From: an uncultured Erysipelotrichaceae bacterium
GTDB taxonomy: Bacteria > Bacillota_I > Bacilli_A > RF39 > UBA660
Direction: 5' to 3'
Assembly: GCA_902764545.1 (NCBI GenBank)
Contig: CACWWC010000009.1
Coordinates: 5,540 to 69,539 of the forward strand
DNA length: 64,000 bases
Shown here one piece after another: positions 56,981 through 64,000 of the stretch (position 1 is its first letter; each line of letters opens with the position of its first letter). The notes beneath the pieces are model-generated. The model did no database searches. It was not told the DNA's origin and was given only the letters and a program-made list of their open reading frames with translations. Position numbers and translations under genes: made by a program.

Positions 56981-58246
56981 ATGAGGTGTCTTATGAAAGA
57001 TATATTATTAAAAAATAAACCTGTAATCTTTAAAAATAACAATTTTCAATCAATACAAATCAGACTTTTTTTCCCATATGAAAGAAATGAAAATGAATAT
57101 GCTTTATCTGATTTATTACTTTCTATAATACAAAATACTTCATTAAAGTATCCTACGGAAGAGGATTTTAGACTTCAGGAACAAAAGTTATATATACTTA
57201 ATTCTTTTTGTTATAATTCTATAATTGGTGATACTTGTTATTTTGTTATGAATCTGAGTATTCCAAATAAAAGTATCTTAAATAAAGATTTATATGAGGA
57301 ACAATTAAAATTCTTTAGTGAAATGATATATAATCCTAAGGTTAAGAATAAAAATTTTGATTTTGATGAAGTTGAAAGAGAAAAAACTAATTTGCGTAAT
57401 AGAATTGAAAAAATTAATAATGATAGTGAGAGTTACGCTATTATGAAAGCTAGAGAGCTTGTTGATAATGTTGGATTATTGTCAGGATGTACATATAATC
57501 ATCCTGAACAAATTGATTTAATTAATACATCTAATTTATATGAATTTTATTATAAAAATATTTATAATAATCAGCCTGCTATTTATGTAATGGGAGATGT
57601 TTGTGAAGATGAATTTGGTAAATTGTGTAGTAAATATCTTCTAAAAAGAAATTTTCGTGATAAACATATTAAAATTAATCTTAATTATTTAAAACCAAGG
57701 AGTACTATTAGTAATATTATAGAGAATTCAAAGTTTAAAAACTCTGTTATTGTTTACTTATATAAAATAATTGATATGTCTCTCAATGATGTTGTAACAT
57801 TAAATACTGTTAATAATCTTCTATCTTCTATGAGTTCAAGACTTTTAAATAAAAAACTGAGGGATGAAAATGATTTAGTTTATTCATCTCATGTCATTTT
57901 AGATGAGGAATATGGTGTTTTTGGAGTGTATGCACTTATTAATAAAGATAATGAAGATATTGTTAGAGAAAAGATAGTTGAAGTGATTAATGATTTAAAA
58001 GATGAAAAACTTATTACTCCTTTGCTTAATAATATAAAGGAGAGATTTAGAGTATCATTAATTCGTAATCTTGATTTTAAGGGATGTGTATTTAAAAATT
58101 ATATAATAGAAGATTCAGGTATTGATTATACAGATTCTCTGTATTACGAGAAGCTAAAAAATATTACTGCAAAAGATATTTCTCTATTTATAGATAGATT
58201 AGTTCTAGACACTACTTATTTCTTAAGGGAGGATTATAATGAATAA
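56981..58246 (+). CDS. M16-family peptidase-like protein (non-catalytic partner subunit, no HxxEH)
   Basis: 421 aa, overlaps the next M16 gene by 8 nt. Arrangement is typical of YmfF/YmfH-type pairs. Confidence 0.55.
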   Translation: MRCLMKDILLKNKPVIFKNNNFQSIQIRLFFPYERNENEYALSDLLLSIIQNTSLKYPTEEDFRLQEQKLYILNSFCYNSIIGDTCYFVMNLSIPNKSILNKDLYEEQLKFFSEMIYNPKVKNKNFDFDEVEREKTNLRNRIEKINNDSESYAIMKARELVDNVGLLSGCTYNHPEQIDLINTSNLYEFYYKNIYNNQPAIYVMGDVCEDEFGKLCSKYLLKRNFRDKHIKINLNYLKPRSTISNIIENSKFKNSVIVYLYKIIDMSLNDVVTLNTVNNLLSSMSSRLLNKKLRDENDLVYSSHVILDEEYGVFGVYALINKDNEDIVREKIVEVINDLKDEKLITPLLNNIKERFRVSLIRNLDFKGCVFKNYIIEDSGIDYTDSLYYEKLKNITAKDISLFIDRLVLDTTYFLREDYNE

Positions 58247-59483
58247 TTTAGAGACTATTATTTTAGATAACGGACTTAAGATATATTTGTATTCTGACTT
58301 AAGAAAACATTCTACTTTTTTTCAATTTACTACTTTATGTGGTGGTTTAACAAAACATTTTAAATATAGAGGATGTGAATATCATCTTAGCGATGGTATA
58401 AGTCATATTTTAGAACACTATATTGTTGAGTGTAATGATAGTGGTAATTTTCTTGATAAATTAGGAAAGAGGCAAATGAGTACAAATGCATCAACTCAGT
58501 TTAAAGATACTAGTTATTATTTTGAGACTGTTGAAGATGTTTTATTTGGTATTAAAACAATGCTTGAAGGTATAAATAATGTTTCGTTTAAACCTGATAA
58601 ATTGGAAAAACTAAAAAATCCAATACTGCAAGAAATAAGAGGAAAGTATGATAATAAATTTTATCATTTAAATAAAAAAAAGATTACTAATCTTTTTAAT
58701 AGTTTAAATTTTACTGACATTGGTGGAACACTAGAGGAAGTTAAGAATGCTAAAATAGAGGATTTAAAGATACTTTATGATGCTCTTTATCAGCCTAGTA
58801 ATCAATTTATTGTAATTGCTGGTAATTTCAATAAAGATGAAGTTTTAGGTGTAATTAGAAACTTTTATGCGAAGAATAAAAAGAAATATTACCCTTTTGA
58901 ATTAATTAGAAGTAAAGAAGATGTTCATGTTAATAAAAAGAATGATACTATATATTTTCCAACACCTACTGATTACTGTGACCTGTCTTTTAAATTTGAT
59001 GTTTCAAACTACACAAGCAAGCAATTATTAGATTTAGACTTTTTCTTGCATTGTTTTTTTGGTAGTTCGTTTGGAATTACTTCTCCGTTATATAAAAGAT
59101 TTGTTTCTCGCAAAATTATTACGGAGACTATATCTTGTACTATGGTTATTATTAATAAAACTTTAATTATTAGTATTGGAGCATATACATATGATTTAAA
59201 AGCGTTTAGTAAGGGGATCTTGGATGAAGTTAAGACACTTAATAATCTCAGTGAAGAAAAATTTGAATTAGATAAGAAATCCTCCATAGTTGGATTAATA
59301 ATGAGAGATGAAAGTATTTTTAATACAATTTATCCTTTTATTTATAACATTGTATGTTTTAATTATCCTTATATGGATAAAGTTTTGGATATTGATAATT
59401 TGAAGTATACTGATTATGTTGATAGTATTAAGAGATTAGACTTTTCTAATTATACTAAAATTGTTATTAAAGATAAAAAGTAA
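58239..59483 (+). CDS. M16-family zinc peptidase (pitrilysin-like, inverted zincin HxxEH)
   Basis: HILEHYIVE carries the HxxEH motif, 414 aa. Confidence 0.7.
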   Translation: MNNLETIILDNGLKIYLYSDLRKHSTFFQFTTLCGGLTKHFKYRGCEYHLSDGISHILEHYIVECNDSGNFLDKLGKRQMSTNASTQFKDTSYYFETVEDVLFGIKTMLEGINNVSFKPDKLEKLKNPILQEIRGKYDNKFYHLNKKKITNLFNSLNFTDIGGTLEEVKNAKIEDLKILYDALYQPSNQFIVIAGNFNKDEVLGVIRNFYAKNKKKYYPFELIRSKEDVHVNKKNDTIYFPTPTDYCDLSFKFDVSNYTSKQLLDLDFFLHCFFGSSFGITSPLYKRFVSRKIITETISCTMVIINKTLIISIGAYTYDLKAFSKGILDEVKTLNNLSEEKFELDKKSSIVGLIMRDESIFNTIYPFIYNIVCFNYPYMDKVLDIDNLKYTDYVDSIKRLDFSNYTKIVIKDKK

Positions 59484-59522
59484 AAAGCTAAGATTTTTCT
59501 TAGCTTTTCTTATTACTTATAT

Positions 59523-61145
59523 TTACAGTGCTATTAATGAAAAGATTAGGCAAAAAACAGATAATATCAGTCCTAATAAATAGAATGCTTTTGCTAATGG
59601 ATACGTGAATATTTTCTTAGTGACTCCATTTATTTCATAGCTATATATTTCTACATATGGGACTGGGCTTCTACGATACCATCCTTTTACTTTGATATGT
59701 TGATCTATATTATCTTTGTTTTTAAATAGTGCATAGATTTTATTTATAATAAATAATGGTTGATTATAATCAAGAAATATTAATCCTGTTTCATCTTGAA
59801 TGGTCATATCCTCATTAAAGATATATCCTGGATCTCCTCTACCGATTACTTTTCCCTCTAGTGCACATGGAATGGCAGTTATATTTGATACTTTAACTTC
59901 ACTTAATAGGTTTCTAACATTTGTTTTATTATAGTTTTTGTTTGGATGTCTTCTGTTAAATTTTATTATTGATGACAATAGTGATAAAATCAATGTCACA
60001 CTTGCACTGATACCTCCAAGCTTTAAGTTATCTTTACTTAAATATATAACTGAAATAATTAGACCAATAATAAATATAATCATGGGCTGATAACTTATAT
60101 ATAGTTCTAATAAGAAGTCATCAAGGTATGATTCTTCTTTATTTAGATCAAATACTATATATGGCTCTTCATTAAATTCTTTACTTCTTTGTGAGATAGC
60201 TAGTAGTCTTTTTGATATTAGTGGATGAGTTGAATTTAATTCATACCATTTGGCCCATATATTCCATTGTTCCCATTTCATTGCTTCCTTAATGTTTTCT
60301 TTTGATATTTCTCCATTATCATACGATGATACTACTAGTGATTTTGATGTTTTTGAATCAAAAATTCCTAAAGCATTGGATTTTGCTGCGGCACTCTTAC
60401 CATTAGAATTCGTTGATGTAGTTAATCCATATCCTACTTTCACAAGTGCACTTGCTAACGAATTCGGCTTTTTAGTTATTTCTATTGAATAGCTATCTGC
60501 ATAGTATTCTCTTGTTCTTGATAGCCATAAAATTATATAGTTACTAATCACATATAAAATATATGCAATAATTGCAATTAATTGTCCATAGTTATTATCA
60601 TTATTATTACTATTTCCTTTTTTACTATCATCATGAGATGAAAGCATTGTATAAATACCATATAGTACTAATGGTACTAGTTGAGCAACTGTCATAAATA
60701 ACATATCATAGTGTACTGCGTGTCCTAATTCGTGTGCTACGACTGCTTTTACTTCATCTTCATCTAATAGTTCTAATATACCTCTTGTGATAATAATTCT
60801 AGCGTCATTTTTTGTATGTCCATACGTAAATGCATTGGGAGCTCCATCGTCGATTAGTCCTACTCTTGGGTATTTCATTTTTTCATTATTACATACTTCT
60901 TCAATAAACTTTTTTAGGTAGTCTGGGATATCTTTATCAAATTTTGCTTTATAGAACCATTTCATTGATATATCAGTTAAAAATGGTGATACTAGGAATT
61001 GGATGATTAATAATATAATGCTTATTCCAATTCCATAAATGACTGGTTCATGTAATAAAATTGTTACTAGGATAATGATTGCTGACAATAAAACATATAG
61101 TCCTGTAATTGTTAGTAGTGAAACTCCTAATAAATTTTTTTTCAT
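59523..61145 (-). CDS. M48-family zinc metalloprotease (HtpX-like) with an extended C-terminal membrane/soluble region
   Basis: AVVAHELGHAVHYD is an HExxH motif, 540 aa. Overlaps gpmI by 4 nt. Confidence 0.7.
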   Translation of the reverse strand: MKKNLLGVSLLTITGLYVLLSAIIILVTILLHEPVIYGIGISIILLIIQFLVSPFLTDISMKWFYKAKFDKDIPDYLKKFIEEVCNNEKMKYPRVGLIDDGAPNAFTYGHTKNDARIIITRGILELLDEDEVKAVVAHELGHAVHYDMLFMTVAQLVPLVLYGIYTMLSSHDDSKKGNSNNNDNNYGQLIAIIAYILYVISNYIILWLSRTREYYADSYSIEITKKPNSLASALVKVGYGLTTSTNSNGKSAAAKSNALGIFDSKTSKSLVVSSYDNGEISKENIKEAMKWEQWNIWAKWYELNSTHPLISKRLLAISQRSKEFNEEPYIVFDLNKEESYLDDFLLELYISYQPMIIFIIGLIISVIYLSKDNLKLGGISASVTLILSLLSSIIKFNRRHPNKNYNKTNVRNLLSEVKVSNITAIPCALEGKVIGRGDPGYIFNEDMTIQDETGLIFLDYNQPLFIINKIYALFKNKDNIDQHIKVKGWYRRSPVPYVEIYSYEINGVTKKIFTYPLAKAFYLLGLILSVFCLIFSLIAL

Positions 61146-62665
61146 AATACTTCTCCTTTATTTTTTATTAGTGACTCTCCATTTATTTCTACTGGAATTG
61201 GTAAATTCATCAAATTTAATATAGTAGGAGCTATATCTGCAAGTTTTCCGTGTTCTCTTAATTTTATATCTTTTCTAGTTACCATAAATGGCACTGGATT
61301 TGTTGTATGTGTTGTACATATTGTTCCATCTTCATTTACCATAACATCACAGTTTCCGTGATCGGCTGTGATTATCATTGTTCCGCCAATCTCTTCTATT
61401 TTGTCATATACTCTTTTGATACACTTATCCATAAATTCTACTGCTTTTACGGCTGCTTCATATACACCCGTATGTCCAACCATATCACCATTTGCGTAGT
61501 TTAATACTACTATATCTAAATAGTCTTTATCTAACTCTTCTAATAACTTATCAGTTATTTCTTCAGCACTCATTTCTGGTTTCATGTCATATGTGGCAAC
61601 TTTTGGGGATGGTATTAGAATTTGTTTTGCATTTGGAAGATCTAAATCTTTATCTCCATCGAAGAAGTGAGTAACATGAGCATACTTTTCTGTTTCTGCA
61701 ATTCTTAATTGAGATAGCCCTAAATTTGATAAATATTCTCCTAGTCCGTTTGTTATTTCTTGGTGTTTGAAAGCTGTTAGCCCTTTTACTGTTTCATTGA
61801 TTGGCATCATTGAAACAAACTTAATATTATTATATGTTGTCGTCTCCATTGGTGATGCATCGGGATTAGTTATTGCCGTAAACATTTCTCTTAATCTATC
61901 CGGTCTGTAATTCCAAACAATTATACCATCATTATCTGCCAATCTTCCTTCATCGATGATGCTTGGCTTAATAAACTCATCTGTAATTTCTTTAGAATAT
62001 TGATCGTCAAATACTTCTTTCACACTATCATAGTGTTCTCCTATACCGTAACATATTGCATCATATGCAAGTTTTAACCTATCGTAATTATTATCTCTAT
62101 CCATGGCATAATATCTTCCTGATATTGTTGTAATTTTACCTATCTTTGTTTCGTCTATTTTATCTTCTAGTTTTTTTATCCACTGCTGAGCTGTATGAAC
62201 ACCTGTATCTCGACCATCAGTAAATAAATGAAAGTAAATCTCTTTAATACCTTCTTGTTTACACATATCTATTATTGCTAACAAATGTTTTGTATGTGAA
62301 TGTATTCCACCATCACTGATTAATCCCATCAAATGTAACTTTGAATTATTTTCTTTAGTATGATTAATAACCTTTAATATATTTTCGTTTGTAAAAAATT
62401 CTCCTGTTTCAATTGAATGATTAATCATTTCAAGTGATTGATATACTATTCTTCCTGCTCCTATATTCATATGCCCTACTTCACTTGTTCCCATCTGTCC
62501 TTCTGGTAGACCAACTGGTTTTCCTGATGCCTCTAAAATAGTATGTGGATAATTATCTCTAATAAAATCTAGTGTTGTTTTTTTTGCGTTATCAAATGCA
62601 TTATACTTATTCTTTGGAGCAATACCACAACCATCTAGAATACAAAGTACTAATGTCTTTTTCAT
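61142..62665 (-). CDS. gpmI: 2,3-bisphosphoglycerate-independent phosphoglycerate mutase
   Basis: 507 aa. N-terminal …CILDGCGIA… and SEVGHMNIGAGRIV (catalytic Ser region) of iPGM. Confidence 0.85.
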   Translation of the reverse strand: MKKTLVLCILDGCGIAPKNKYNAFDNAKKTTLDFIRDNYPHTILEASGKPVGLPEGQMGTSEVGHMNIGAGRIVYQSLEMINHSIETGEFFTNENILKVINHTKENNSKLHLMGLISDGGIHSHTKHLLAIIDMCKQEGIKEIYFHLFTDGRDTGVHTAQQWIKKLEDKIDETKIGKITTISGRYYAMDRDNNYDRLKLAYDAICYGIGEHYDSVKEVFDDQYSKEITDEFIKPSIIDEGRLADNDGIIVWNYRPDRLREMFTAITNPDASPMETTTYNNIKFVSMMPINETVKGLTAFKHQEITNGLGEYLSNLGLSQLRIAETEKYAHVTHFFDGDKDLDLPNAKQILIPSPKVATYDMKPEMSAEEITDKLLEELDKDYLDIVVLNYANGDMVGHTGVYEAAVKAVEFMDKCIKRVYDKIEEIGGTMIITADHGNCDVMVNEDGTICTTHTTNPVPFMVTRKDIKLREHGKLADIAPTILNLMNLPIPVEINGESLIKNKGEVL

Positions 62666-62781
62666 ATCTTCCTCCTTATATATTGTTATTATAACATATA
62701 TAAGAATATGTTTATAAAGAAAAACAAAAGTTTTCTTTTTTTATTTCAACATAAAAGGATGATTTATATCATCCTAAAATA

Positions 62782-63279
62782 TCATTTTATTCCTGCACTT
62801 TTACCTGATGTTGTTAATTCTTCTATATTTTTCAATTCCGAGACAAAAGCAAGTGTTTTCTTAGTATTATTTGGAAATTGATACGCATTAATTACATCTG
62901 GAATTACATTTTCATTTTTTCTGGTTACTATTAAATACAAGAAATCTTGGTGTAAATATTTCATTAAATTTTCTAAAGTTTTTAGTTGTTCTGGTGATGC
63001 ATCTTCTGATACAGCTAAAAGCATAATTCCCTTCTGATATAAATTAACTGGTATAATTATTGCATCTTTTAATGAGGTTAGGCAGGCAATTTCATAGCCC
63101 GTATAGTTACGTATATCTTGTGGAAAAGCATCTATAATTCCTGGCATTATTTCTCTATCTATTCTTTTAATTAATTGGAAGTGAAAGGCTTCGTAAGAAA
63201 TCCTTTTTACATCTATTTCATTTCCATTCGGTTCTACTATTATCGAGACGTTTTCATAAAATGGATTTTTATTTATCAT
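62782..63279 (-). CDS. hypothetical protein (165 aa), paralog of 63289-63834
   Basis: Shared N-terminus (N)xFYENVxIIxxPNGxxIDxKR. Confidence 0.5.
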   Translation of the reverse strand: MINKNPFYENVSIIVEPNGNEIDVKRISYEAFHFQLIKRIDREIMPGIIDAFPQDIRNYTGYEIACLTSLKDAIIIPVNLYQKGIMLLAVSEDASPEQLKTLENLMKYLHQDFLYLIVTRKNENVIPDVINAYQFPNNTKKTLAFVSELKNIEELTTSGKSAGIK

Positions 63280-63288
63280 TTAATTCCT

Positions 63289-63834
63289 CTATTGTCTATT
63301 TTGAGAGACATTTTCTATATTTATTTCTTTCGTTGATTCTTTTTCAAGCATCGAATCTAACATCTCAACTTTATTCAAATATTCTAATACCTTATTGTAT
63401 GTTTCAAAAAAATTTCCAGTTGGTGAAGATAATGAAGTACTTAGTACTGTTGTTGAATTTCTTTTCTTAAAGGAACAAATGGTTGCATATAAATTCAATT
63501 CACTTATTTCTGATAATATTTCTTTTACTTTTTGACATTGCTCTGGTGTTGGAATCTTTGGTAAGAATAAAATCATATGTTCATTGTTATTGATATCTGA
63601 TGGGCAGAATACACAGTAATTATTTGCAGCAACAAAGCCTGCTAATTCAAAGCCACTACTTATTTTCATATCTAGGACATATTTTTCAAATAAACCAGGT
63701 ATTTGTTCTTTTTCAATTCTTGTAAACGCTTGTGGATGTGAATTCTCATTTCTGTTTCTTTTTGTATCAATTATTTTTCCGTTTGGATCAATAATTGTTA
63801 TTACATTTTCATAAAATCTATTATTTAATTTCAT
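63289..63834 (-). CDS. hypothetical protein (181 aa), paralog of 62782-63279
   Basis: See above. The two are tandem. Confidence 0.5.
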   Translation of the reverse strand: MKLNNRFYENVITIIDPNGKIIDTKRNRNENSHPQAFTRIEKEQIPGLFEKYVLDMKISSGFELAGFVAANNYCVFCPSDINNNEHMILFLPKIPTPEQCQKVKEILSEISELNLYATICSFKKRNSTTVLSTSLSSPTGNFFETYNKVLEYLNKVEMLDSMLEKESTKEINIENVSQNRQ

Positions 63835-63851
63835 ATTATTCCTCTTTTCAT

Positions 63852-64000
63852 TTAGAATGCTTAATTCTATTATATGTTATTTTTCCTTTGTCTTTTTTTC
63901 TTTCTACTTCTCCTAAATATATTTCAAACTTTTCTCTTTCTAAATTCTTCATTAGCCTAGTGAGCTGAATATTTTGTGCTGACGTTCTAACTTTTGGTAT
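63852..64000 (-). CDS. hypothetical protein, C-terminal part only (gene runs off the window edge)
   Basis: Open minus-strand frame …LTRLMKNLEREKFEIYLGEVERKKDKGKITYNRIKHSK* ending at 63852. Confidence 0.3.

Noticed and set aside
1-64000. Alternative genetic code (TGA=Trp, Mollicutes-like) suggested by the very low GC content
   Set aside because: Long conserved genes (glmS, dnaE, typA, gpmI) read through without TGA codons under the standard code. The glmS ribozyme and SipW-type genes point to a Firmicutes-type background.
1-64000. CRISPR arrays, integrases and transposases
   Set aside because: No regularly spaced repeat-spacer arrays and no tyrosine/serine recombinase or DDE transposase motifs were seen in any frame.

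Overview
This is a very AT-rich window that reads in the standard genetic code and looks like a low-GC Firmicutes-type chromosome. About 65 genes are packed mostly on the minus strand. Housekeeping genes I recognise: an FabG-like reductase, a fused MacB-type ABC transporter, a TtcA-family tRNA thiolase, glmS with its upstream ribozyme, a polyprenyl synthase, lspA, dnaE, rpmB, typA, a DedA-family protein, a HAD hydrolase, an acyl-CoA ligase, ispH, htrA, an M16 peptidase pair, an M48 peptidase, gpmI and a tRNA-Gly(UCC). Between them are several accessory modules. (i) A five-gene operon (32.3-37.4 kb) has a SipW-type signal peptidase with a ~245-aa polytopic N-terminal extension and paralogous small secreted proteins. 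This is a candidate TasA-like surface-fibre system. (ii) A Cys-rich small ORF overlaps a minimal radical SAM gene (37.5-38.4 kb), followed by a 493-aa unknown; it may be a RiPP-like cluster or one frameshifted gene. (iii) A WXG100/EsxA-like module with two large proteins but no EssC ATPase sits at 47.9-51.2 kb. (iv) An island-like stretch at 40.2-46.6 kb next to tRNA-Gly carries a VOC pseudogene, two ~110-bp direct repeats flanking a 30-aa hydrophobic type-I-toxin-like ORF, 12-mer iterons upstream of an AlbA_2/Schlafen-type regulator, and an XRE regulator. (v) A tandem paralog pair of unknown function has one copy holding an in-frame TAA. (vi) An orphan 937-aa/217-aa/315-aa operon sits near the start of the window. 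Two disrupted genes are each explained by a single-base indel in a homopolymer, and a third candidate lies in an A6 run. This is consistent with an assembly error mode as well as true pseudogenes. I found no CRISPR array, integrase or transposase.
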